NCBI RefSeq assembly: GCF_009914755.1
Contig: NC_060937.1
DNA from: the human T2T-CHM13v2.0 reference genome, Homo sapiens
Strand: one strand, 5' to 3'
DNA: 64,000 nt
This document shows positions 45,295 to 62,356 of the stretch, one piece after another. The notes beneath the pieces are model-generated. The model had not been told where the DNA came from, did no database searches, and worked only from the letters and a program-made list of their open reading frames with translations. The position numbers were made by a program, and so were the translations under genes. Each line of letters opens with the position of its first letter. Position 1 is the first letter of the stretch.

Positions 45295-46087
45295 TGGAAC
45301 AGGAATTAAAAGAAATTAAAGAATGTGTAAGCAGAAACTCAGTTGTATGTGAGAAAACCTAATTCCCCCTGAGAAAGAGAAAGAGCTGGAGCCCTTTAAA
45401 AATTAACTGCCTGTTTTTCTGTGGCTAGTGAGCTTCATCTCTCCTCTTTTCCCAGGCATTGTGAAGACCCTGTTTCCCTAGCTGTGCAGCTGCAAGGTCA
45501 CTAGACAGATAAACTCAAGACAGTTAATTGAATAACTGTTTTTGTTTCTCGCTTCTGTAATATGCTTCCCCCTGCACAGATCTCCCCACTCCCCACCACC
45601 CCACAAAATGCTTAAAAGTTAACTTAAGTCTTTGTTCAGGACTCAGTCCTTTGGATGTTAATCTGACTGGGCCAGTGCACCTAAATAATAAATATCCTCC
45701 TCAACCCCATCAGTCTCTCTGATTCCTTAAAAAATCCCACTACAGCCTGGGCACGGTGGCTCATGCGTGTAATCCCAGCACTTTGGGAGGCTGAGGCAGG
45801 CAGATCACGAGGTCAGGAGATTGAGACTATCATGGCTGAGACAGTGAAAACCCGTCTCTACTAAAAATACAAAAAATTAGCCAGGCATGGTGGCAGTCAC
45901 CTGTAGTCCCAACTACTTGGGAGGCTGAGACAGGAGAATGGCATGTCCCGGAAGGCAGAGCTTGCAGTGAGCTGAAATTGTGCCACTGCACTCCAGCCTG
46001 GGTGACAGAGTGAGACTCCATCTCAAAATAAATAAATAAATAAATAAATTAATTAATTAATTAATTAATTTTTAAAATCCCACTACA
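45295..46087 (+). mobile_element. ERV1 solo LTR (LTR15-like) nested in MST-int
   Basis: tg...ca ends with 4-bp TSD caag at 45291-45294 and 46088-46091; aataaa near the 3' end. Subfamily is from recall. Confidence 0.75.
45745..46073 (+). mobile_element. AluY nested at the 3' tip of the LTR
   Basis: gatcacgaggtc, gagaatggcatg, gagcttgcagtgagc; TSD aaaatcccactaca at 45731-45744 and 46074-46087. Confidence 0.92.
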
Positions 46088-47741
46088 CAAGAAACCATTC
46101 TTTCATCCTAGACCTCTAGGTCTGTGCTGGGATGAGCTGCTACAAAGATTTCTGAAATGCCTTCAAGGCCTTTTTTTAATTGTCTTGGCTATCAGCACCT
46201 AGCTTTTTCAGTTATGCAAATGTCTCTAATAAGTGGTTGCTCCACAGCCTGTTTAGATTCTTCCCCTGAAAATGCTTTATCTTCCTTTGCCAAATGGGCA
46301 GGCTGCAAATTTTCTATACTTGTATGGTTTGCTTCCCATTTAATTGTAAATTCCAACTTTAAGTCATTTTTTTGCTCCTGTGTCTGAGTGTTCAAACTTC
46401 CTCAGATCCCTAGTACATGAACAGACTGCAGCCAAGTTCTTTGCAAAGGCATAACAGGCATGACCTTTATTCCAAGTCCCAGTAAGTTTCTCATTTTCAT
46501 CTGAGACCGCATCAGCCTATCCTTCACTGTCCATATCACTATCAGCATTTTGGTCACAACCGTTTAACTAGTCTCTAAGAAATTCAGAACTTTCCTTCAT
46601 CTTCCTCTATTAGGAGCCGTCCAAACTCTTCCAACTCCTGCCCATTACCTAGTTCCAAAGTCACTTCCACACTTTCAAGTATCTTTATAGCAATGCCCCA
46701 TGTCTCAGTACCAATTTTCTGTATTAGGCCATTCTTACATTGCTATGAAGAAATACCTGAGACTGGGTAATTTATAAAGAAAAGAGCTTTGAAAAGAGGT
46801 TTGTATAGCTGCAGGCTGTACAAACATGATTCTGGCATCTGCCTAGCTTCTGGTGAGGCCTCAGGAGGCTTTATTCACGGCAGAAGATGAAGAAGGAGCA
46901 GGCAGGCACATCACCTGGCAAGGCAGGGGAAGCACCACACACTTTTAAACAAATAGATCTTGCAAGAATTCACTCACTATCACAAGGACAGCACCAGGGA
47001 CAGGATGCTAGACCATTTCTGAGAAATCCACCCCCATGATCCAATCACCTCCCTCCAGACCTACCACCAACATTGGGGATATCACAATTCAACATGAGAT
47101 TTAGAGGGAACAACATCTGAGGTATCTCATGCCTCATGTTGTGACTTGGTATAATGTCCATAAGATTACACTGACTTTACACATCATATTGCAGTTTTTG
47201 CTAGCTCTTCTGTAGTAAGAAAATGGAATTCATCAGCAATGCCTTCTAAGTCTGGCCCTGTTTTCCCATGCAGACTTTTCCCTGAGCTCTGCTTGTCAGT
47301 CTTGCTAGAACCTCACCCTGGGCAGCAACCTCCAGTCTGAGATTGCCCTTGACAGTGGCTGAGGTTTGCATTGTTGGAATGGATTAGAAAAAACAAAGGG
47401 AAGACAGACCAAAACACATTTAAATACAGATCCCATTTGTTGAAGTTTTAAGTAATTTTAAATGTTTATTTGCACCAGCTGCCCATTCCCATTGTACTCT
47501 CCTCACCCAAAAAGGTGACTTGATATTCTAGTAAAAAGCCAAACTGTGCTTTAGAGAAACCCACTTGTTACTTCTTTAAATCCATATAATTTTGCCAAAG
47601 TGAATTTTTCTTAATATGCTCTGGCAGAATCAGTAAACTAATTATTTACACCAGAGTCACTTAACCTTTCCTCTTGGTCATTTGCATGTAAATTATTTTT
47701 ATATGTATAAAATTTGCTTACTCAAGAAAGCTCTTGCTATA

Positions 47742-47772
<31 letters not shown>

Positions 47773-48028
47773 GTGGTATCTTAACATACTCTAGTCTTGT
47801 CTTGAATTCCTTAAGACTTTGAGGTAAAGAACTCTCTTGTAACAAGTTTCCAAATCAAAGTGGGAAAGAGGAAGATTAGGTTAAGCATTAGGTCATCAGG
47901 TATGTAGGACAGCTAATTCCATTATCAGAATGGTAGTGATAGCCAGTTTGCATTTTGCATATTAGTTGTAACAAAAATATTCAGCATATTAGTGACAAAA
48001 CCAAAGTTATTGTGAATCAGTTTATAAT

Positions 48029-48314
48029 TTATTTTTTGAGATAGGGTCTTACTCTGTCACCCAAGCTCAAGTGCAGAGGTGTGATCTTGGCTCACTGAAG
48101 CCTCAACCACCTGGGCTCAAGAGATCCTCCCAGCCCAGCCTCCTTAGTACAGGTGAGTGCCACCACACCCAGCTATTTTTTTCTCTAGTTTTTGTAGAGA
48201 TTGGGTCTCACTTTGTTGCCAAGGCTGTTCTCAAACTCCTGGGCTCAAGCAATCCTTCTGCCTCAACCTCCCAAGTGGTGCTGGGATTACAGGTTTGAGC
48301 CACCACACCTGGCC
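48029..48314 (-). mobile_element. AluJ
   Basis: gggctcaagagatcctccc, gggctcaagcaatcc; TSD agtttataat at 48019-48028 and 48315-48324. Confidence 0.88.
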
Positions 48315-48903
48315 AGTTTATAATGTTAATGGCTTTTGGAGCAGGAACCAGTGGGTGCTGCCTCTTGTCTGCAAGATGAGGAGTCTCCTCTCCCCAGAAG
48401 TGAGGCATCTTCTACCACGAGGGAGGCTTTGCCCAAACAGTCACCGAAAGGCTGAGATTGGGGAGGGAACAAAACAGGAGTGAATATGTTCCTGGAACCT
48501 AACTGCTCCCCAATTCAATTCTACTGCAGACATTCAGAATGAAGGGGACATTCAGCTGAAGAACAGGAGTTAAAAGAACAGCTGTTAAAATCTCAGATTG
48601 TAAAAACAATTTTGCTTCATTTTCCCTAAATAATTTTTAAACAATTGTTCTTAGGTGATTTTCTAAACTTCGGGTAATATCTGGGACTTAGTAAATGTTC
48701 TTTAAAAGATGGGATAATATTTTTATTTTGTTTAATTATATGTGTTTTTAAACTAATTTTATAGGAAAAATAATTTCTTTCCTTCCCTGTTATACCAAAT
48801 ACAGCCTTTAGCTCAAGACACAAGTAATTCCAGGAAAACCGGAATGTAAGTTCAATATGTTGCACTAAGTACATTTGAAAGTGCATGCATTTTTATTTTA
48901 ATT

Positions 48904-49135
48904 CATCATTCTCAGTCAACTATCGCAAGGACAAAAAACGAAACACCGCATGTTCTCACTCATAGCTGGGAATTGAACAATGAGAACACATGGACACAGG
49001 AAGGGGAACATCACACTCTGGGGGCTGTTGTGGGGTGGGGAGAGGGGTGAGGGATAGCATTAGGAGATATGCCTAAGGCTAAATGTCGAGTTAATGGGTT
49101 CAGCACACCAGCATGGCACATGTATACATATGTAA
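48904..49135 (+). mobile_element. L1PA 3'UTR fragment lacking its tail
   Basis: catcattctcag..catgttctcactcatag..gggatagcattaggagatat..ggcacatgtatacatatgtaa. Confidence 0.88.
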
Positions 49136-51086
49136 TGTATACATATGTTAATGCACCAATTCTGCATCAAGTCAGTGCAATCAGAGACACTGCAAGAATG
49201 ACTTTTGGTTTTCTTTTCCTAGTTTTTGGAAGTTTCTCAAGTCTGTCATACTGGACTCTATATTACATCTCGAATTTTTTTCACTTAATATAGATCTCCT
49301 ATACGCTCAATTGTTTAGCTATTACCTTAACATTTACCCTGTGAACCCATGACATTTGAGGCTGCCAAAGTGATTATTACATGATAAAACATATACTTGG
49401 TTAAAGGCAATATTTAACAATTGTAAAACCAATAAATCAATAATTAAATCTTTCTGGCTTAGACTTAAAACTGCTTAATTTAGTCATATCTCTACCCACA
49501 AGATAGAGATTCCAACAAGGGTTGAAAGTAGAGTTGGCAAGCATTTCCATTCTCTTCTGGGATAATAATTCTTACTACCAACACTGGTTCTGACCAGTGA
49601 AATTCAAAATCAGTGAAACACTACCCAGAGTCCGAGTGAACCAAAAATAGTTTCACTTTAGGAAAAAGTCTATATCCTTAGATGTGAGTGATTCTCTGTG
49701 AACATTTTATTCACTTTAATATATTTAAAGAAAATCTTTCTGAATTGGTGTGTTTTCTTTAGTTTGTATTCTGATACTTTAATGCTAAAAGCTCTTGATT
49801 TTAAGTTTTCATGGAGGGGCTATCTACATAATTTTTATACATCATTATATGCATCAATAATTAAAAAGGAGTAGAAATTTTTTCACTAATTGAGAAATAT
49901 TATAGACCTAACAAAATGAGGGCAAACTATAAGCAATTTGGGGAAACTATAAGGATGTAATTAAATAGTCACTGTTTTTAGAAACCATTAACTGCATATT
50001 GAAATCTTAACACTTGTTGGGAAAACGAGGTGGTAAATCAACTTGTCAGCATGAGTACTAAATAAAACAAAATATGGTTAAGTTCAGATAGTAGTTCTGC
50101 AATTTCTGATTTTAAATGTTTCTGCAAAATAGTTTATCTGAACGATTAAACTATTATTCTGTGTTCACCAACCATTAAGAAAATCTGCTCTATGGCCAGG
50201 TTAAACCTGAAAGTGGTACAATTCAAAACTTGATGTAGGCAATAGGTATGTATAATGTATTTATTCTAATATGAGAGGGTATATCAAAGTAATTTTCTTG
50301 GAGCACAGTGTCAAAACAAAGCAATGGGATTTGGCCATGGACATTTCATTATTATCAAAGAGACTTGGACACTACCTTAGAGTAATAACTTTATTATTTA
50401 ACAAAGATGTTTTATAAAAAGAACAACAAAATGAGAGGAATAGAAATCACGCAGGTAAAACAGATAATCTGATTTTGTGGGTCTCAGAGCAGAGATTAGT
50501 GTCTTTCAGTTTCAGAGTAAATGACCTCACTGCATTTCTCTGAACTGTCATGGTTGTCACAAATATACTGTGTTCTAACACACTCCATGATTTAAGGTCT
50601 ACAAAGTAACAAAGGCAAAATAACCTATATGCTCTACCATATTTTCCTCAATTCTAGTGTTCTTCAAAGAGAGAATGTTTTCTCTAAATCTAATTGAGAG
50701 TAATTCTGTATGGATCGGTAAACATTTCTTCAGGCAGTTGGAGTAATATGTGTCTAGGGCTAACTCAGAGGGGTCTTTTATGTCTTTTAATAGAAGCTAA
50801 CTATACTCTTGTGATATGATAATCACCATCATTGACTTACAGTTTCTAAGGTTTGAAGGTATATTGAACACTCAAGGGGCTCACATTCTTACTGATTCAT
50901 GAATCTCTTCAGGTCCAGGGAACTTAGTATTTTTCAAGAGTGCAAAATGCCTAGAGACAGCTGGGAACAAATGAATGTCATTCCTGATACTGTGCTCATA
51001 GTTACTTGAGTTTCATCTCAGAAAATAAATTGTCTGGTGCAATATTTCTTGCAACTTAGTTCCTAAATGAACTCAACAAACTAGTT

Positions 51087-53408
<2,322 letters not shown>

Positions 53409-55229
53409 TGCAAGAATAATCTAAATTTCTCTGGTGAAAGAACCTAAACATGCCTTTTAAAAATTTATATATCATTCCTTTTGTAAAACCTAATGAAAAT
53501 AACAATTTTGTCTATTGTAAAAGGCAAGTGATCGCAGCAGATGGAAATCACTTTATTTCCTATATCTTTGTAAAGATAATGACTGCTAATAAACAACATG
53601 AAGAATTTTCAGGTATAATTTTGATAAAAATTTAACGGTTTTGTGCTTCTAGGCCAAATCTGCAATACAATCCTTCATAAGATTGTACTTTGAAACTCTC
53701 GTTGTCATCTGACATATGCAGATAATAGAGAAATATAATCCCCTTTCTAAATGTTTACATTCTCTCCCTGGTACGAATTAGCTTGCTGGAAACATCAGTA
53801 ATCACTGACATAAAGATCCCACTATTAAATAAAACTGATACTTTTTAAAAACATGCAGCAAATAAGCAACATTTCATAAAACAACACAGGATTTTATATG
53901 TTCCCCATCCATTAGAGGCTATTATGCTGAATTGGATCCTCATTCCAACCTGTGTCCATATTTTAGGGTTGAAATAGTCTAAAACCCAACATTTACTGTT
54001 CTCCTGTTGTGATATCTATATATCTAATATGTTCACATTCTCTGTATTCATCTATGTTAATATATTTAAAAAGGAAAAGAAAGGGGGCTTTAGGAAGAAC
54101 TTTACATCACACGTCAGAGTAAACATCAAATCAAGTTATCAATTTACTAATAAACCCATTTAAGAAAAAAATATTCAGCTAGAGAGCAATTAACCTTATT
54201 GTCTTTGTGTCTGATCCATATTTCTCCACCTGATACATGGAAATAACCAGAGAGATACTATAAAATACCTCAGGTGCTTTGTTGAAAGTAATTTCCTGCT
54301 TTTGTGGGATAACTGAAACATAAACGTAAATAAGATAGTTTGAAAGTTCACTTTCTCATCAATGCTCAAATAATTTATTCTAATAAAGCCCAGCAAAACT
54401 TAGCTTGTAATGCCATCAAGGTAAATATATTCATGAAGTACTCACTTGCTAAATTTTTAAACACAATACATTATCTCATCTTTAATTTTTAGTTGTTATT
54501 TCAATTATCCATTGCTGTGTATAGCAGTCATCAAACTTAGTTGGTTAAAACACAAACTCACAATTTGTTAACTTTGGTTGAGCTCAGGAGGATAATATTC
54601 GGAGTCTTGCCTAGGTTTCCTTATATGACTGACAAGGCCTACATAGTCCAAAGTGACATCACTCAAATATCTGGCAGTTCACTGGTGCTATCAGCTGGGT
54701 TCTCCTCCACTTAGTCTCTCTAGTAGAGTAGATCAGGTTCTCATTTGGCATTGGTGCCATTTTAATTTGCCAAGCCTAAATTTACTATCATTTGTCAAGT
54801 GTCTATTAAGTCAGTGTCAGAGAGGGCTATATAACGATATGGCTATGAGGAGACTTAATAAATCGAGGGTTCTTTGATATAACAGGCTACCCAGTTACAT
54901 TTCTTGTTCTAAAGATTTTTTCAGATACAACAAACAATATTTTACAATTTAACTTGTAGATGAATGAGTTTCCTGGGATATAATTTAACTAAGCAAACTC
55001 TTTCATACTAAAAATCTTATGACCTCTTTACCCATCTTAGGTTTTAAGATTGACATGAGAGGTATTCTGGAATAGAAATCCAAATTTAAGGCTAGAGTCA
55101 AGAGTGCTGAAGATAAGACTCTTATCTAAAGGAAAATCAAGCAATTGCTATGTCTTGCAAAGGCCAGTGAGCAGACAGAGGGGAGAGAATGCAATTGCCC
55201 CAAATAAAGACTCACTTTGGAACTCAGTG

Positions 55230-55410
55230 ATTATATGTGTGCATATATGTGTATATATGTATATTATACATGTGTATGCATGTATATATGTATATTATAC
55301 ATATATATGCATGTATATATATGAATATATATAAAACTGAAAACTGCACACATCCCATATACACCATATACATGAAAGTGAACACACACACATACATAAA
55401 CATATATATT
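55230..55410. repeat. (TA/TG/CA) low-complexity repeat
   Basis: Seen directly. Confidence 0.8.
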
Positions 55411-57800
55411 CAGTTTCAAACAATTGTTAGGGAACCTGAGGAAGAAACTAAATGGAATATAATGGTTGCATCTATGATAGCCATGGTACTAGAACTAGTA
55501 GTAGTTCTACTAAGGTGAGAATTGACATAGTAAAAGAAATAAGATACAAAGCAGTAAGAGAGAGCTACATTTTCCTTAAGGCCAGGCTGAATATTCACTA
55601 ACAAGGAAATTTCTACAGTCATTATTTTAATCTGATTCATTCTCTTGGTGGGATATTCCAGAGTTACCACCTACAGAAATTCCACTTTTCCTTACTGAGG
55701 TTTTCTTTTTTTTCTTTTCAGTCCAAATATTAGTCATTTTGGTAGAGAAGGTAGAAACAATTAACAATTGAGTAATTCCTCAAGAATCATGTTAAAAGGT
55801 TTCCAAATCATGAATGTATAGTTATATTTTGTTCGCTAGATTTTAACCCACATACCTCACTTGTATAGAAATTATGCTTATTTGGATACTCAGTATATTT
55901 CTTCACATAAAGACAAAATCTATAAAATGTACACACACACAGATGCTATGGATACATGCACACATGTGCACACACAAATATGTATACATGGTTTACCATT
56001 ATTTTCTAGATCATTCAGAGGTCAGTATTAATTAAAACATCATAGATCTATGGCAAATTTTGGGCCACTTCTCCTAAGACAGGAATTTAAAAAGCCTTCA
56101 ATTGTCATAACAATGGGAAGAAGTCTGAGAGCTGGAGTAAGGGAAGTTGGTGCTCAGAAATATTAACTACCATTTATATAGGATATCCTTATGAGATAAT
56201 CTTAAAGACAAATGAGGCTAAAATAGTAATACGAGTTATTTAGCCAAGTTTTCCAGCAGGAAGAAGGAAATAAGCAGTGAACTAAAAAGCATACAAGATA
56301 CAGAGGAGCAGGTTAATTGAAGCCATTGCAGCAGAAATTGAGAAGAATAAACAGGAGTTAGAAGATGAGAGCAAGCAATTGCAAGTGGAGTGGGCTGAGC
56401 TGGAATTATGGTGTAGAAAATGACTGGTTGAGAAAAACCCAAACAAATATTTCTATAATGTCATGTGCATAAGATACCTGTAGATGTTATCAAGGTATAT
56501 ACATAAACTACCTGTCATTAGAGCTAATTTCTTAGCAAATTATTCATAAAAGTTTATAACTTTGTGAGGCATTACGGACACCAAAACTAATGATTTGGCA
56601 TTTCCATGGGCCAATTTGTCTAAAGAACTATCTTTTACACTTTACTGTTTTTTAATAAGCAATACAGTGCTCAAAAAGTCTTTTATACCAAGTCCAGTAG
56701 GTTGATAACATTGAGTATAACTGAGCATTGCTTTGTGTCTACCCTCAGGCAAATCTGGAGATTTTCTCAAGCTTCTTTATGAAAATGGAGAAACCTCACA
56801 AGAGATGCTAATGGACAGCTGACCCTGCTCCCTGCTCCATCACAGGTTGTAGAGTATTAATTCCCAAGTTACCCAGACATTTAGTTGTGAATGTGCAAAA
56901 ATGGTTTAGGTTCAAATGTTTTCAACTACTGACAAGCTCAAGAATTCAGAGGAGGTAGTACTAAGGGAAATGTAATTAATATATAATATCAAAACTTAAG
57001 CATAGCACCATAACACCTAATTTTTGATGATGTCAAATACTTAAAGTTCTCCCTTTTTATTTTCTGGTGAAAGGTGCATAGTATACAAACCTCTACTAAC
57101 TTCTTGGGCTTCTGAATAAAGGAAAGGACTACCTAATGACAGTAATAGCTTGACTGCTGAAGAATTATGTCAATTAACAAAAATTGCTTCATAGGAAAAA
57201 GATGAATTGTCTCTTCAAAGTTTTTTTTAAGCATGGGTGACCAAAACCATCACATACTTAGAAGAAAATATTGCATTGATTTATACAAGATATGCTGTAC
57301 ACGTTACAGAAGATTCGTGTTTAATAATGCATCTTGTAAAAATCTTAGAGAGCTATAACCTTACAACATGACTTAACCCAAATACATTGAAAACCCCTTG
57401 GATTTAGACCTACAGGGAGGTGGTTTTGCTTTCTGTACCATAGCACGCATAGTTGAAGCAAACATATTCCTTCAAACATAATACTCTTACATAATAGAAA
57501 GTGTTCTCTGTTTTCTGGATGAAAAGGCATGAGGTCTTTTGTATTAGCAAACTGAAATTGTTAACTATAAAAAGTCAAAAATCAAAGGTGCTCTCACGTA
57601 TTTATAAGGACCTTGAATGGCTCAGATTCATCAGGAAAAAAAAAAAAAATTCCTGAGAGTCTGATCTCAAGCTGATGTTTCTTTATTGAATTTGATTCTA
57701 AACCATCATTTTGTTGAATCCTCTGTGCTTTCAGAATGCTGAAATGTAAAATATTTTTAACTTATGAAAGAGATAATTTATTTTTATTTTCTCCTATACA

Positions 57801-59252
<1,452 letters not shown>

Positions 59253-60129
59253 TTAAGTAGTACCTTAAAAACTAGACAAATCCATCCAGGGTCAAAAGAA
59301 CTCAACTGAATTCTCTATCACTGTGAAAATAGACTTAGTTCTTCATTACAAAAGCACTACAATAACTACAAAAATTATATCTCCTGGAGTATATATTTAC
59401 ATATCCATGCAAAAGGGGAATAGGTTAAAAGATGTTTATGAATGTCTAAAACCTTAAGTCAGTTTAAGTTTAACGTAGTATTATAAATCAGGTTTGTGGG
59501 TGATATTTTGTCTGCTTCTAGACTTGTGAGCAAGTTATTAAGTTTTAGGTTACTTATATTTAAAATTCAAAAAGGAAATGATTGTGATTGCATTCAAAGA
59601 AAGAGAGGACATTTTGAAGCTTCTTTTTTTTACTAATATCAAAACATAATATCACATTTGTAAAACACGTTGATGGCTTACAACCAAGTAAAATACCTCA
59701 ATACCCCACTTTTCAAGATCAGTAATATTGGCCTATGAGTATCCCTCTATAGGAATTATAAAAAGTTGTATTTATGCCCTGAGATTATACCCTATAATGT
59801 GCAAACTTTATAGGATAGACAAATGGATATAAGGTTTCTTTCTAGGTTTCCTTATATACTCCAAATGGTAAAACTAGATGGAAGATTAAAATTCCAAATG
59901 TTGTTAATTTTAGAACCTTCAATGTCAGAGTTACTTTGTATGAATGAATTTACCTAATTTTCCACACTATGCATGTCTAATAGATATTACCATTGCACAG
60001 GTGAGAAAACTGCATCTCTGATTATTATTATTCACTCTAGTCACAGAGATAAGAAAGGGCAAAATATCATAATAGAAGCCCAAATAAGTCTTATTTTAAT
60101 GGAATATTTTTCCACTGGACTTCAACTGG

Positions 60130-61070
60130 TTTATCTTATTTATCCGTCCATCTAAGATCAGTTGAAAAAAGAGACTTGCAGATGCAATATTTTAGCCAAT
60201 ATATCCAATCTCCTATTTGAAATCTCCTGCATATCTAACAGAAAACTCAAATTTAGTATGTCTGAAATCAAGCTGACTGCTGCACGTGTTCACACTGAAA
60301 CAAAGCAAAACAAAATTCCTTCAACAGCTTTTCTCATCTCAATAAATGGTACTACACTGTGCCTGTATGACTCATGCCCAAAACCTAGAGGTCGACCTAG
60401 GTTCTTTTTTTCCCCATGACTCTCCATTTCCAAGATTTCCATTTCTTCCTTGAACACTTCTCAAAGCCACACCCATCTCTCTGTCAGAATACCACAATGC
60501 ATTGCAAATCTGCCTCCCCACTTGTCATCTCCTCCCTAAATGCTCTATTTTCACAGTAGTCTGAGTGGCTTTTTTTTTTTAAAGCACACAAGATCTTGAC
60601 TCTTCATTCCCTACTTTCTGCTTTAACTCCTTGTTTGGCTTTCCTCTGTTAATATAAAGAAAAATTTCCAACTTCTTTTTAATGACCATAGATCCTGGCT
60701 TGATGTTTTCTACCTACCTCTCCAACCACATGTCATACACTTCCCTTCTTTTCTTATCACACCCAAAACATTCTTAATTATTTCCACAGTCTTTGTGTAT
60801 GCCAACCCTTTTTCTGCCTCTAGAATTTTGTGCTTGTTTCTCTTTCTTTCTAAAATAAGCTTTCTGTGGCTTTTTGTAAAATTAGATCATTGTTCTTTGA
60901 AATCTCGGCTAAGAAGTTTTCTGAAATACCTTAATTAAAGTTCCTTCCCTGGTTACTAGCAGTCTCCTCACTTTGTTTATTTTTATTGTAATCTTTAATG
61001 ATTGTTTTCTATTTGTTTGATTTCTTGATCAACTCAAATTTGTATCCTCAGCTCTTATCAAAATACTAGG
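60130..61070 (+). mobile_element. L2 fragments
   Basis: ctcaaatttagtatgtctgaaa, tcatctcaataaatggtac, cccaaaacctagaggtc. Confidence 0.55.
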
Positions 61071-61071
61071 T

Positions 61072-61880
61072 AACTACACACCTATTAAAACAACTAAACA
61101 TAAAAATAGTGACAACAAAAGCTGGCAATGATGAAGAAACTGTATCATTCATACATTATTTGAATTGTAAAATGTTATAATACTCTGGAAATAATTTATC
61201 AGTTTCTTTAAAAACTAAACATATATTTATAATAAGATCCAGCAGTTGCACACCTGGAAATTTATCTAAGAGAAATGAAAACCTATATGCGATCTTTAAT
61301 ATCTTTCATAGCACCTTTAATTCTAACAGAGAAAAACTGGAAACATCCAAGATGTTGGAGAGGTGAATGGTTGAATAAACTGTGGTATATCTATATGATT
61401 AAATACTACCCAGAAATTAAAAAGTATATACTTTTGACACATGCAATAACTTGCATAGATCTGAAGGGCATTATGCTTAGTGAAAAAAAGCAAATATCAA
61501 AAGGACACATGGCATATTATTTCATGTATATAACTTTAATAAAATAACATACATATAGAAAACAGATTAGTGATTTCCAGAGGTTAGTGATGGTATGGGA
61601 ATGTGAGATGAATATGGCTATAAAATGTGAGGAAGACACTTTTAGTGATGGAAGAGTTCTGTAACTTAATTGTAATAATGGTCACATTAATCAACACGTG
61701 ATAAAATAGGCATAGACCTATGAATTCACATTGTATAAATGTCAATGCCTGGTCTTGATATTGTACTAAATTATACGAGATGTAACTCTTGAAATAAACT
61801 GTGTAGAATAGTACACGAGACCTCTCTGTATTTGAAACTCCCTATGGATCTATGATCTTTTCAAAATAAAAAGCTAAAAT
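61072..61880 (+). mobile_element. L1MC/MD-like 3' region
   Basis: gaatggttgaataaactgtggtatat, gaaaacagattagtgatttccagagg, tcaaaataaaaag end. Confidence 0.75.
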
Positions 61881-61924
61881 ATGCTAAGTGTTCAATAAAT
61901 AAAATAGTAACTGTATTTTATCCA

Positions 61925-62120
61925 ATTCTTACCATATAAAAATGCTTCACATACATTAACTCATACAATTCAATCTATAGCAGGATCATATTGATGCCAT
62001 TATTAGTCCTAATTTATAGCCTAGTAGCTTGTTCAAGGTCACATAGCTAATAGGAGGAAGGGTTATGGTTTTAATCCAAGCAACCAGCTCCAGAGAATGT
62101 GCTACCAACTGACACATCAC
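61925..62120 (-). mobile_element. MIR fragment
   Basis: cttcacatacattaactcat..gcttgttcaaggtcacatagctaa..ctccagag. Confidence 0.6.
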
Positions 62121-62145
62121 AGCGTTTCTCAAAAATAATTCTGGA

Positions 62146-62356
62146 TGGAAGGAAAGAAGGGAGTTAAGGAAGGAGAGAGAGAAGGAAGGAAGGAAGGAAG
62201 GAAGGAAGGAAGGAAGGAAGGGAGGGAGGAAGGAAAGAAGGAAGGAAAGAAGGAAGGAAAGAAGGAAGGCTGTAAGGGAGGGAGGGAGGAAACAGGGAAA
62301 GAAGGAGGGAAGGAAGGAAGGAAGATACAATAAAGGAAGGAAGGAAGAAAGAAAGA
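62146..62356. repeat. (GGAA)n compound microsatellite
   Basis: Seen directly. Confidence 0.95.

Larger units (their letters stand above)
44006..47129 (-). mobile_element. Complete MSTA/MSTB MaLR provirus (LTRs 44006-44422 and 46720-47129 plus internal region)
   Basis: Two homologous LTRs starting tgtatta, MST-int between them, 5-bp TSD tgcct at 44001-44005 and 47130-47134. Confidence 0.9.

Noticed and set aside
53653-53770. AG..GT-bounded candidate exon
   Set aside because: No recognisable product or supporting exons; such pairs are frequent by chance.
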